Shown here piece by piece: positions 36,891 to 46,835 of a stretch of DNA of 64,000 nt (its first letter is position 1; each line of letters starts with the position of its first letter). The position numbers and the translations under genes were made by a program. The notes below the pieces were generated by a model, which saw only the letters and a program-made list of their open reading frames with translations, had not been told where the DNA came from and ran no database searches. Origin of the DNA: an uncultured Bacteroidota bacterium (lineage in GTDB: Bacteria; Bacteroidota; Bacteroidia; Chitinophagales; UBA2359); NCBI GenBank assembly GCA_937907475.1, contig CALCIK010000228.1:5050-69049 (forward strand), written 5' to 3'.

Positions 36891-37535
36891 CTACTGCTTT
36901 ACCGTAATCGAGGTAATCGTGTTTTGAGTTCTTTGTTCGTAATAGCCCGTTACCTGTTTGCCGTTAGCCTTCACAATATCGAGGGTAATAAAGAACGGAA
37001 ATTTTTCGGTAATTTCTTCTTCTGTCTGAATATAAAGCTCACCGGGCAGGTCGCCCGTTGTTTCTTCGGCGGCATTGCTTAGAATGCCGGTGATGCTTTT
37101 AATATCGCTGCTCAATTCCATCGCTTCGCCTTCGTTTATCAGCGATATGCCGTTCATTTGCAAATCAATCAGCGCATTGCTTATTTCGCTGTCATACTCA
37201 AATGATAGGTATTTTCCTATTGAATTAGTCAACGTGGCTGCATCTATCGTATTCACCTCTTCTACATTTAGGTTGAAAGTTTCGGTAAACCCTCTTTCGG
37301 GAAACGCTATGGTAAGCGTAAAAAAAGGATAGCCCGAGTCTTCAACGTTCTTGAGTAATCCAAACTCCTTAATGCTATCATGATCTGCAGTTTCTGATTC
37401 GTATAATAAATCCGTTTCGGCCGGCATAGCAGTCTCTTCATTTGAATTTGAAGCCGACGGCTTACAAGAAACAATCATTGCATTGACGCAGAAATACATC
37501 AGTAAAATCGTGATAAAACGGCAAAATGTGCGCAT
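36891..37535 (-). CDS. Acidic hypothetical lipoprotein
   Basis: Probable start MRTFCRFITILL...MIVSC (lipobox); Glu-rich. Confidence 0.6.
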   Translation of the reverse strand: MRTFCRFITILLMYFCVNAMIVSCKPSASNSNEETAMPAETDLLYESETADHDSIKEFGLLKNVEDSGYPFFTLTIAFPERGFTETFNLNVEEVNTIDAATLTNSIGKYLSFEYDSEISNALIDLQMNGISLINEGEAMELSSDIKSITGILSNAAEETTGDLPGELYIQTEEEITEKFPFFITLDIVKANGKQVTGYYEQRTQNTITSITVKQ

Positions 37536-37657
37536 TCCGATGTTTTGTTGATGAGTTAAAAAATAAGCACTCAAAGGTAGCAGAAGTTTTACATGAATTG
37601 ATGAGAAGTTGAACCCGAAAAAAAAAATTGCCGATCCGTCAAAATTTTTGTCAAAAA

Positions 37658-37704
37658 TTTGCGCAACCAAAAAGTTGCACTTACATTTGCAACCAATTAG
37701 TTGC
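37658..37704 (+). promoter_or_regulatory. Bacteroidota promoter flanked by two GCAAC-N6-GTTGC operator boxes
   Basis: TTTG(37658), 20-nt spacer, TACATTTG(37682); palindromes at 37663-37678 and 37689-37704. Confidence 0.75.
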
Positions 37705-37721
37705 TAACCAACTCAGTAAAC

Positions 37722-38040
37722 ATGAGAAGATATGTATTTCAAGCCATCGCCGACCCGACACGCAGGGCAATCATGGAGCTAATTGCCCTTCAAGCAATGC
37801 CTCCCAATGCCTTGGCAGAACGATTTGACACGAGAAGACAAGCGGGTTCAAAACATATCAAGATATTGACCGAATGTCAATTGGTTGAACAAGAACAGTC
37901 GGGGGCGTGAAATTTACTACCATTTCAATCCGAACAAAATGAAAGAAATAGCAGATTTCATCGAACCCTTCCGTCAAATACGGGAAGATAAATTTAATCA
38001 ACCGGACAGTCTATTATCCAATCACTCAAATTTCGATTAA
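37722..38040 (+). pseudogene. ArsR/SmtB-family repressor, frameshifted
   Basis: MRRYVFQAIADPTRRAI...; an extra G in the G5 run at 37901-37905 gives a stop at 37910, while the other frame continues [10 protein letters not shown]...FD* to 38040. Confidence 0.85.
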
Positions 38041-38042
38041 AA

Positions 38043-38546
38043 ATGAACACGAACAACAAAACCCAAGTCTTTAAGGATTTGCCGAACAAATCCATCCTAA
38101 TTTCAAGAGAATTTAACGCGCCGTTAAAAAATGTTTGGAGAGCCTATACCGAAAGTGAATTGCTGGAACAATGGTGGGCACCAAAACCGTGGAGAGCCGA
38201 AACAAAATCAATGAATTTTACCGTTGGCGGCTTTTGGCTTTACGCAATGGTTGGTCCCGACAATTCAAAACATTGGGGCAGGGCGAATTATCTTTCGATT
38301 AACCCTTTGGTCAATTTTGAAGTTGAAGATGCCTTTTGTGATGAGGAAGGGAATATGAACACAGAACTACCCGTTACCAAATGGAACATCATTTTTACCG
38401 AATCAAATACAGGAACAAAAATTGAAGTCAAACTCATTTTCGGTACCGAAAACGATTTGCAAAAATTGGTCGAAATGGGATTTGAACAAGGATTTTCAAT
38501 CGGACTTAACCAACTTGAAGAATTGCTTAATCAAAGTGTGCTTTAA
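38043..38546 (+). CDS. SRPBCC/AHSA1 domain protein
   Basis: ISREFNAPLKNVWRAYT..ELLEQWWAP, GFEQGF...LNQLEELL. Confidence 0.9.
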   Translation: MNTNNKTQVFKDLPNKSILISREFNAPLKNVWRAYTESELLEQWWAPKPWRAETKSMNFTVGGFWLYAMVGPDNSKHWGRANYLSINPLVNFEVEDAFCDEEGNMNTELPVTKWNIIFTESNTGTKIEVKLIFGTENDLQKLVEMGFEQGFSIGLNQLEELLNQSVL

Positions 38547-38571
38547 AAAAACAAAATTGGTTTTTATTTTT

Positions 38572-38608
38572 AAAAGAATTTAAGAAAATGAATTTCTTAA
38601 ATTCTTTT
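38572..38608 (+). terminator. Perfect 16-bp AT-rich hairpin terminator
   Basis: aaaagaatttaagaaa-atgaa-tttcttaaattctttt. Confidence 0.7.
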
Positions 38609-38777
38609 TCTTTTTAAAGACAATTCGCCCAATTCACCATTCACCATTCACCATTCTAATCGGTAAAGGTAATTGCCACATTGCACTGTATATGGTCAAA
38701 GGGTTTGAAAAAATTCAAAACCATCAAGGAGTTTCGTCTTGAAGCCCTAGAATAGCAACTAAAAAGATGTGTATAAA

Positions 38778-38834
38778 CCGTAGGTATGATACCAAGTGTT
38801 CGCCATAACTCATATCCCTACATGATTTTTATTG
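38778..38834. repeat. Dispersed ~57-bp REP-like element, copy 2
   Basis: Aligns with 16375-16431; ccgtagg...atccctac arms. Confidence 0.75.
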
Positions 38835-38893
38835 CAATCCCAATATTTTTCTGTTGCTTATTACCGCAAAATTTCGCAAAGTACTACAAAGAA

Positions 38894-38937
38894 AACTCTG
38901 CGCAACTTTGCGGTTAACTTTGCGCAACTCTGCGGTA
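38894..38937. repeat. Tandem 22-bp CT(C/T)TGCG repeat
   Basis: aactctgcgcaactttgcggtt / aactttgcgcaactctgcggta. Confidence 0.7.
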
Positions 38938-39179
38938 AAACTATTTCACAAAACTCATTAAATGGTTAACTTCTTTTCAGAAATTAACATTGTAATAAAA
39001 AAATAAGGTGGCTTTCGGTCAGCTTCTCCCCCCCTAATCCTTAAAATAATACTGTCTTTTTTCTCCTTGCCTGAAATTTTTTTTAGAAACCACTTACAAA
39101 TAGCTTGTTTGTTTCTCCTACGGATGTAGATTTGAGGACAATAAATAATTTTGAGTAACCTGATACAAAAACAAGGAGC

Positions 39180-40157
39180 ATGGATAAGGGTAAAATGAAA
39201 GCAATGGTTTATACGGAATATGGGGCACCCGAAGTTTTACAACTCAAAGAAGTAGATAAGCCGGTGCCGGACAATCATGACCTATTGATAGCCGTAAAAG
39301 CAACAGCCGTCAATTCAGGGGATTGTCGCTTGCGAAGGGCAGACCCTTTCGTAGCAAGGTTTATCTTTGGTTTGTTCAAACCTAAAGCGACTATCTTGGG
39401 AGTTGTTTTTTCGGGAAAAATTGTTGAAGTAGGCAACGAGGTAACTCTTTTTAAAGCGGGGGATGAAGTTTTTGGCTTAACCGATATGCGTATGGGTGCT
39501 TATGCCGAGTACCTTTGCCTTCCGGAAACCGGGTCTTTGGCTTTGAAACCCAACAGCTTGACAAACGAAGAAGCCGCCGTGATTCCATTTGGCGGACACA
39601 CCGCTTTGTATTTTCTTAAAAAGGCAAACATACAAAAGGGGCAAAAAGTGCTGATTTATGGGGCTTCCGGTGCAGTGGGTACAGCCGCCGTTCAGCTTGC
39701 GAAATACTATGGGGCAGAAGTTACCGGAGTTTGCAGTACCGTTAATGTAGAAATGGTCAAGTCATTGGGTGCCGACAAAGTATTGGATTATACCAAAGGA
39801 GACATTACTCAAACCGAAGACCAATTTGATATTATTTTTGAAACGGTTAACAAGATTTCAATTTCTAAAATCAATAAATTGTTAAAGAAAACAGGAATCT
39901 TAATTTTAGGTTCTGCCATGCTTGCAGAAGCCTTTCAAGGGTTGTGGATTTCTTTAACGAGCAATAAAAAAGTGTTGATGGGCGAAGCAAAAGTTACTGC
40001 TGAAGACATGGCTTTTATAAAAAAACTTGTTGAAGACGGTCAATTTAAACCGGTTATTGACAGAACTTACCCCTTGGAACAAATGGTGGAGGCTCATACT
40101 TACGCCGAAAAGGGGCATAAAAAAGGAAATGTAGCTATTGTTGTCGCCGAAAAATAA
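39180..40157 (+). CDS. NAD(P)-dependent alcohol dehydrogenase / quinone oxidoreductase (MDR family)
   Basis: YGAPEVLQL, GAYAEY, VLIYGASGAVG, KPVIDRTYPLE. Confidence 0.9.
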   Translation: MDKGKMKAMVYTEYGAPEVLQLKEVDKPVPDNHDLLIAVKATAVNSGDCRLRRADPFVARFIFGLFKPKATILGVVFSGKIVEVGNEVTLFKAGDEVFGLTDMRMGAYAEYLCLPETGSLALKPNSLTNEEAAVIPFGGHTALYFLKKANIQKGQKVLIYGASGAVGTAAVQLAKYYGAEVTGVCSTVNVEMVKSLGADKVLDYTKGDITQTEDQFDIIFETVNKISISKINKLLKKTGILILGSAMLAEAFQGLWISLTSNKKVLMGEAKVTAEDMAFIKKLVEDGQFKPVIDRTYPLEQMVEAHTYAEKGHKKGNVAIVVAEK

Positions 40158-40214
40158 ACTCAAAAAAAAGAATCTACAAAACCCGATTACCTTGATTTTG
40201 AAACAATAAATTTT

Positions 40215-40637
40215 ATGCAGACACATTTCAAATCCATTTACCAAACAACCGTCAAAGCCCCTATTAACAAAGTTTGGGAGGCACTGACAAATCCGGTAAT
40301 TGTCAAGCAGTATTTCTTTGGCTCAAATTTAGAAACCGATTGGGTGGTTGGTCATCCGATTATTTTTAAAGGCGAGTATGACGGACAATCTTACCAAGAC
40401 AAAGGAATTGTTCAGGAGTTTGTGCCTCATCAAACCCTTAGCTTTAGCTATCTAAGCAATTGGAGCGGGTTGCCCGACAAGCCCGAAAACTACCTGCTTG
40501 TCAAATATGAAGTGCAAGACCTCGGAGATTCCACAGCACTCACCATCACGCAATCAAATTATGACGAAGAGCGCGCGAAACACTCCGCCGAAAATTGGGC
40601 AGGCGTGATTGATGGTTTGAAAAAAATTGTGGAATAA
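40215..40637 (+). CDS. SRPBCC domain protein
   Basis: KAPINKVWEALTNP..VKQYFFG, ENWAGVIDGLKKIVE. Confidence 0.88.
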   Translation: MQTHFKSIYQTTVKAPINKVWEALTNPVIVKQYFFGSNLETDWVVGHPIIFKGEYDGQSYQDKGIVQEFVPHQTLSFSYLSNWSGLPDKPENYLLVKYEVQDLGDSTALTITQSNYDEERAKHSAENWAGVIDGLKKIVE

Positions 40638-41238
40638 ATACCCCTTCATTAACACAGTATTCATAGGAACAGGGTTCTTCAACATCGTTCAAACCCGATA
40701 TTCCTCGACCATTTTTACCCGATTTAGCTTTGATTTTATCAACTGCTAGACCTGGAGGCGGATGCTTTGTATATCAGTTAGCCGACTTGAACAATTTCAG
40801 GTTTGGGTAACCTGAGATGCCTTGACATGCAGGGTTCGGACTTAGAAACCGTTAAAACAGCTATCTGCTATTTATTTGCATATTTATTTTGTGCAACAGG
40901 CAACGGTCTTAGGGGAGGTTTACGTTTAGATAGCAATAAGCATTTTTTCGCAATCGCGGTAAGGTAGGCAATCGTACTGGTTGATGATATTGTGTATTGC
41001 CGAAACGGTAGTTTGTTCGCTTATGTTTTCCTTCCTTATTTTACTTTATCTATGTTGGTAATTTAAAGCCGACAGCAACAGGATTGAATTGATGACGGCA
41101 ACATTTTTATAAACAAGGGAAGTATAGTGGGTAAAGGGTGTTGAAGGTTTTTTTGAGTGTATTGGTTTCAAAGCCATTCATATACAAGCCCACAAATTTG
41201 ATGTAATTCTGTTTTCTATCACCTCTAAATGTATAAAG

Positions 41239-43323
41239 ATGAAAAAGCTATTGTTTCTCTTGACCTTGTTGTTTGCCGGGTTATCTGTATATGCAAACGG
41301 CGTTTGTATTGTGGATGCCGACGAAGGACAATACCTGCGACTGTTAAGTTCTGATGTTCAGGTGGAAGTGTACAACCAAATTGCCATCACTGTTGCCACA
41401 CAAACCTATAAAAATGAATTTGCTGAGGAGGTGAATTTCAAATACGGTTTTCCTGTTCCGGATGGCGGGAGTGCTACTTCTTTGCGTTGGTTCATCAACG
41501 GGCAATGGAACGAAGCCGAATTTAGTGCCGAACCGCAGGACACCTTACTACCGGGCGGCCCGGGTGGTGGAAGCAACAATACCGCGCTGATAAACTATCT
41601 TGGAGCATCGCCATTATTCCTCGAATTTATCGAAGCATTAGCCCCTGATTCGACAATCACCATAGAACTAACTTACGTAGAGCTGCTCCCCTATAAGTTT
41701 AGTGTGGTTAAATATTCTTACCCCAACAACTATCAGACACTACAAAGTACGCCCCTTGACATGCAAAGTTTCAACCTTGTCATCAGTTCGGGCAGGGTGA
41801 TAACAAACTTAGTCATGACCTCGCATGATGCAGAAGCCAATGTTGCTTTTTCCGATTATGAGGGCATGGCAACTGTTGCTTTATTTGAACAGGCTGCCGA
41901 TCGAAATTACCAATTCCAATATACTTTGAGTGGCGGTGATTTGGGTTTAGTGGGCTTTAGCAATTTTTTCCCCGAACCATCGGCTTGTGATGCGTTTGGG
42001 CAGGGCTTTTGCGCTTTTATTGCAGAACCCGACGGCTCTGCAAGTTCACCCGTAATCAATAAAGTGTTTACCCTCATCATAGACCGGTCGGGGAGTATGA
42101 GTGGCGATAAAATAGTGCAAGCCCGTAATGCGGCTTCCTTCATTGTTCAAAACCTAAACGAAGGCGACCGTTTTAATGTCATTGATTTTGACGAAACGAT
42201 TACCAGTTTGTTCAGCTCCCACCAATACTATACCCCCGATACAGAAACTAGCGCACTGAACTATATAAACAGTTTGACTGCCGATGGTTCTACCAATATT
42301 TCGGGTGCTTTCCAAACTGCCATACCTCAATTTTCGGCTGCCGGTAGCGATACCTATAATGTTATTATTTTCCTTACCGATGGCGAAGCAACAGCAGGCA
42401 TTACCGATACCGACGGTATTTTGGAAATGGTCAATAACCTTATTACCACACTCGAAAACGACATCAGCATTTTTTCGTTCGGGATTGGCGACTATGTAAA
42501 TGAGCAATTGCTTAGTCAGCTTGCCAACCAAAACAACGGTATCGCTACTTTTCTTAAAAATGATGAACTGGAAGAAGTCATTTCCGATTTTTACTTAACC
42601 ATACAAAATCCGGTAATGCTCAATACGACCATGAGTTTTAGCCCCGATTTAGTGTATGAAACCTACCCCATACCACTACCCAGCCTGTTTAAAGGTATTC
42701 AGATGTTGGTTGTCGGCCGCTACAATACGCCGGGAATGGTGAACGTAAACTTAAGCGGTGAAGCCTTTGGTACACCGGTAAGCTATGATTACCCGCTTAC
42801 CCTTACCGAATCCAATACCTTGCAAATGCAGTTTTTACCCAAATTATGGGCAAAACAAAAAATTGGTTACTTGTTGCAACAGTACTACAGTTCCGTTGGT
42901 ACAGTTGCCGAGGACATTCACGACCAAATTGTGGAACTGAGTACTTGTTATGGGGTTATTTCGCCCTTTACCAGTTTTACCGACAATACCAATCCTACCG
43001 GCATTGAACAGGAATGGGTGCAAGAACCCAACGCCAACAATACCGATATTAGCATCAGCAGCATATCCCCCAACCCGGCCATCAACTTTGCACAAATAAA
43101 ATTTGTCTGCACACAAGCCCTTACCGAAAATGCTACGCTCACCATTTACAATATGTTGGGGCAAGCAGTAGCCACTTATACCACTGTCCTCAACGGCACA
43201 GGTGAATATGTTTTTGACTGGAATCTACAAAACGCACAAGGGCAAAGGGTTTCGAGTGGTTATTATTTTGCCGTTATAACGACAAGCAGCAGCAGTACCT
43301 CGGGTAAAATTTTCGTTCTTTAA
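41239..43323 (+). CDS. Secreted VIT-vWA protein with a T9SS type A sorting domain
   Basis: Signal peptide; VIT-like N-terminus; vWA MIDAS LIIDRSGSMSG, GSTNI, FLTDGEAT; ISPNPA...IYNMLGQAV...SGYYF CTD. Confidence 0.88.
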   Translation: MKKLLFLLTLLFAGLSVYANGVCIVDADEGQYLRLLSSDVQVEVYNQIAITVATQTYKNEFAEEVNFKYGFPVPDGGSATSLRWFINGQWNEAEFSAEPQDTLLPGGPGGGSNNTALINYLGASPLFLEFIEALAPDSTITIELTYVELLPYKFSVVKYSYPNNYQTLQSTPLDMQSFNLVISSGRVITNLVMTSHDAEANVAFSDYEGMATVALFEQAADRNYQFQYTLSGGDLGLVGFSNFFPEPSACDAFGQGFCAFIAEPDGSASSPVINKVFTLIIDRSGSMSGDKIVQARNAASFIVQNLNEGDRFNVIDFDETITSLFSSHQYYTPDTETSALNYINSLTADGSTNISGAFQTAIPQFSAAGSDTYNVIIFLTDGEATAGITDTDGILEMVNNLITTLENDISIFSFGIGDYVNEQLLSQLANQNNGIATFLKNDELEEVISDFYLTIQNPVMLNTTMSFSPDLVYETYPIPLPSLFKGIQMLVVGRYNTPGMVNVNLSGEAFGTPVSYDYPLTLTESNTLQMQFLPKLWAKQKIGYLLQQYYSSVGTVAEDIHDQIVELSTCYGVISPFTSFTDNTNPTGIEQEWVQEPNANNTDISISSISPNPAINFAQIKFVCTQALTENATLTIYNMLGQAVATYTTVLNGTGEYVFDWNLQNAQGQRVSSGYYFAVITTSSSSTSGKIFVL

Positions 43324-43349
43324 GCCCTAAACGCTGTACTGCGAATAGA

Positions 43350-43419
43350 AAAATGGTGGTGAATAGGTTTTTAGCATGAGGGCTTCCCCCGCATGAGCTA
43401 ACTTATTCACCACCATTTT
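43350..43419. terminator. Long hairpin downstream of the VIT-vWA gene
   Basis: aaaatggtggtgaata ... tattcaccaccatttt, a 16-bp perfect outer stem. Confidence 0.55.
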
Positions 43420-43660
43420 ATCACAGAAGAAATATACTGCTCACTCATAAACGTTTCGGTTATCAACTCTCGGTAGAATAGCTATGCGATATTGGGAAAT
43501 GGGGCTCAATATGGAACAGTTCTGAAAATGCAGGTGCCCTGCCACCCCTCAACAAGGGCTTTGCACTTTTTTAGTTTCCTAAATGTCATTTTACGGGCAA
43601 TTGTTTGTAACTTTGCCCTGCTTTCATTGTTGAACCATAACATCTAAAAATCATCAGGTC

Positions 43661-43750
43661 ATGTTAGGCTATCTGTTAACACTTGCTCTTCCTGCTATCA
43701 TTGGTATTGCCGTTGCTTTGGCACGTTTAAGCAAACCCCGCACCAAATAG
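43661..43750 (+). CDS. 29-aa single-TM small protein (absent from the ORF track)
   Basis: MLGYLLTLALPAIIGIAVALARLSKPRTK*; TAACTTTG box at 43608; followed by a ggcagta...tactgcc-ttttt hairpin. Confidence 0.45.
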   Translation: MLGYLLTLALPAIIGIAVALARLSKPRTK

Positions 43751-43860
43751 GTATTGGCAGTAGTTTTCTTTGATGGTGCGGCACTGTTTACCTGTTAAAC
43801 AGGATGCTCGATACTGCCTTTTTGCACTTCCAAACAGGATGAGTGATGTCCTCAAGTTCG

Positions 43861-44649
43861 TTAGTGTCCTGTAAAGTCTGCTTTTCGTTTGCTCATAAAA
43901 GCCTGAGTACCTTCCTTAAAGTCGTGGGTATCAAAACAAGCAGCAAATAATTCCATTTCCGTTTCAAAGCCATTTTGCCCTTCGGTAAAATAAGCATCTA
44001 CGCTTGCTATGACCTTCGCAATGGCAAGCGGAGCTTTGGCGGTTATCTTACTCAGAATTTCCTTACACTTAACCATCAGTTCTTCTTGGGGCACAACGTG
44101 GTTGACCAACCCCAATCGCAAGGCTTCCTCGGCGTTAATGATGTCGGCAGTCATCAACAGTTCAAGGGCTTTGCCTTTGCCGATCAGTTGCACCAAGCGT
44201 TGTGTGCCGCCGTAGCCGGGAATAATACCAAGGTTTACTTCGGGTTGTCCAAACCTTGCATTGGGCGAGGCCACACGCAAATGACAGGCCATTGCCAACT
44301 CACAACCACCCCCTAATGCAAATCCGTTTACGGCAGCAATAATGGGTTTGGGGTAGCTCTCTACGGTTTTAAAAATGCGATATCCGCGTTCGACCATCTC
44401 TCTACCTTCGTCATTGCTAAAGTCGGCAAATTCTGCAATATCGGCTCCGGCAGCAAATGCTTTTGGTCCGGCACCGGTCAGGATAATGCCCTTTATCTGT
44501 TCGTCATCACGATGGTTTTGTAGGGTTAGAAACAGTTCTTTTAGTAGCGTCGTGTTCAATGCGTTGAGCTTTTCTTCGCGGTTGATGGTAATCGTCAAGA
44601 TACCCGCATCATCGGTTTGGGTAAGCAGTTGGGTAGGTGTAGTTGTCAT
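43861..44649 (-). CDS. Enoyl-CoA hydratase/isomerase (crotonase family)
   Basis: AFAAGADI, NGFALGGGCELAMAC, GQPEVNLGIIPGYGGTQRL. Confidence 0.93.
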   Translation of the reverse strand: MTTTPTQLLTQTDDAGILTITINREEKLNALNTTLLKELFLTLQNHRDDEQIKGIILTGAGPKAFAAGADIAEFADFSNDEGREMVERGYRIFKTVESYPKPIIAAVNGFALGGGCELAMACHLRVASPNARFGQPEVNLGIIPGYGGTQRLVQLIGKGKALELLMTADIINAEEALRLGLVNHVVPQEELMVKCKEILSKITAKAPLAIAKVIASVDAYFTEGQNGFETEMELFAACFDTHDFKEGTQAFMSKRKADFTGH

Positions 44650-44795
44650 GATAGGATGTGGATTGGTTTAAAAATATTGTCAGGATGGATGAGAATGTTT
44701 TCTTAGGATGGATGAGAGCATTTTGAAAAAAAGCAGGTTATTCAATATGGTTTTACAATAAGCCGGTAGATTAGCCGGGAACAATGTTTGAGAAC

Positions 44796-46625
44796 TCAAC
44801 TACCGGTCTGAAGGAAGTCGGCTATTTCTTTGATAAAGATTTCGCCGTAGTCTGTCATTTTTCTGAGACCGATGCCGTTGATTCTCAACATATCGTCCGG
44901 AGTAAGCGGGTGGCTGTTCGCCATTTCATGCAATACCGCATCGGAAAAAACCACATAAGGCGGAACCCCCTGCTCATCGGAAAGTTTTTTGCGCAAACGG
45001 CGCAAGCGTTCAAACAAAGCATTGGAGGGTTGCTCTTGTTGGTTGATGGAGCGGCCGGCCGCTTTGGTGGTTTGATTTTGCCTGTCGCCGGTGATGGGTA
45101 CAAATTTTACAAGGTTCACCTTTTGCCCTTCAAACAATACGGCATTACTGGCAGAGGTCAACACGAGGGCGTAATGTTGCTGATAGGCTATTTCCAACAA
45201 ACCCAATTGGATAAGCTGAATAAGGTAGTCCGACCATTCGGGATATTTCAGGTCTTTCCCTGCGCCAAAGGTTTTGACTTGGTCGTAGTCGTTTTTAATC
45301 ACCGTTGCACTGCGCACCCCTCTTAACACATCAATCACCACCCCCATTGGGGCAGCTTGTTTCAAACGCGCCACTGCCGAAAGTGCTTTTTGGGCTATGA
45401 GTGTGCCGTCAAACGCTTGTCTCGGATGCCGGCAAACATCACAATTCCCGCAATTGCTGTCGGTTTGTTGCCCGAAATAATTGAGCAATACTCTGCGGCG
45501 ACATAACTGTGTTTCGGCAAAACGCTGGAGCAGTTGGAGTTTGGTCAACTTTAGTTCCTGCCTGTTGCCCCCTTCGTCTTCAATAAACTGCCTTCGTTGC
45601 ATAACATCGGAAATGGTGTAAAACATGATTGCTTTACCCGGCAGTCCGTCTCGACCGGCGCGTCCTATTTCTTGATAGTAGCTTTCTATGTTAGTGGGCA
45701 AGTTGTAGTGCAATACAAATCGCACGTTAGATTTGTCAATACCCATTCCGAAAGCCACCGTCGCACAAACCACCCGGATATTGTCCCGCAAAAATGCTTC
45801 TTGTACCCTGCTTCGCTCATCGGGCGACAAACCGGCATGGTATGCGGCGGCATTTATGCCTTTTAACCTTAGTTTCTCAGCCAATCCGACCGTTCCGTTT
45901 CGGCTGAGGCAGTAAATAATACCGGCTTCTCTGGGATGTTGTTCCAAAAACCGCAATACATGCTTCACTCGGTCAATAGCAGGTAATACGGCAAGGCTAA
46001 GGTTGGGGCGGTCGAAAGAAGTAACAAAAATGCGGGGGTCTTTAAAACCCAATTGCTGCACAATATCGGTACGCGTTGCTTTATCTGCCGTAGCGGTCAA
46101 TGCAATGAAAGGGGTGTTCGGAAATCGCTCTTTGAGGATACGCAATTGTCCGTATTCAGGTCTGAAATCATGTCCCCAAAACGAAACACAATGCGCTTCG
46201 TCGATGGCAAACAGGTTGACTTGCAGTCGAGCCAAGAAATTTTGGAAATTATCGGTCTGCAATTTTTCGGGCGAAACGTAGAGCAGTTTTATTTGTCCGG
46301 AAAGACATTGTTGTTCTGTTTGGTACTGCATCTCATAGTCTTGACCACTGTTGATAAATGCCGCCGGAATGCCGTTTTGTTTAAGGGCTTCTACCTGATC
46401 TTTCATCAGGGCAATGAGGGGCGACACAACAATACCAATGCCCGGCATGATCATGGCCGGAATTTGAAAACAAACCGACTTGCCTCCGCCGGTAGGCATT
46501 AAAACTAAAGTGTCGGTACCGCTAAGGACGGATTCTATTATATCGGCCTGCATTGGTCTAAACTGGGAGTAACCAAAATAGGCTTTTAACGTCTGTAACG
46601 GGGTTTGGGGATATATAGGAATCAT
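44796..46625 (-). CDS. recQ: ATP-dependent DNA helicase RecQ
   Basis: MPTGGGKS, IDEAHCVSFWGHDFRPEY, ATVAFGMGIDK, YQEIGRAGRDG, Zn-binding CRR...CGNCDVC, RQC and HRDC domains. Confidence 0.97.
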   Translation of the reverse strand: MIPIYPQTPLQTLKAYFGYSQFRPMQADIIESVLSGTDTLVLMPTGGGKSVCFQIPAMIMPGIGIVVSPLIALMKDQVEALKQNGIPAAFINSGQDYEMQYQTEQQCLSGQIKLLYVSPEKLQTDNFQNFLARLQVNLFAIDEAHCVSFWGHDFRPEYGQLRILKERFPNTPFIALTATADKATRTDIVQQLGFKDPRIFVTSFDRPNLSLAVLPAIDRVKHVLRFLEQHPREAGIIYCLSRNGTVGLAEKLRLKGINAAAYHAGLSPDERSRVQEAFLRDNIRVVCATVAFGMGIDKSNVRFVLHYNLPTNIESYYQEIGRAGRDGLPGKAIMFYTISDVMQRRQFIEDEGGNRQELKLTKLQLLQRFAETQLCRRRVLLNYFGQQTDSNCGNCDVCRHPRQAFDGTLIAQKALSAVARLKQAAPMGVVIDVLRGVRSATVIKNDYDQVKTFGAGKDLKYPEWSDYLIQLIQLGLLEIAYQQHYALVLTSASNAVLFEGQKVNLVKFVPITGDRQNQTTKAAGRSINQQEQPSNALFERLRRLRKKLSDEQGVPPYVVFSDAVLHEMANSHPLTPDDMLRINGIGLRKMTDYGEIFIKEIADFLQTGS

Positions 46626-46835
46626 TAAAACAATATCTTTGCACCAAAAGTACGCTAATAATTATAAAATACAAACTCTAAAGTCATAATTGCCCTTTGA
46701 TAGCAACAAGGCTACTTATCTTCTTAGATTTGCACCGATTTATAAGAGTGCCTTTTCCGACAGGATGGTTGTGGATGCCATTCAAACATTTCTCCCGTGT
46801 TATCTTCTAAATTAACAAGCACATAACTTTATCCT

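Noticed and set aside
43520-43570. Possible cobalamin riboswitch (ggtgccc...aaggg)
   Set aside because: Lacks the GGGAA B12 box and the downstream conserved elements, and there is no B12-related gene.
44683-44718. 13-bp direct repeat aggatggatgaga between the crotonase gene and recQ
   Set aside because: Only two copies with nothing between them suggesting a mobile element; not enough to assign a function.
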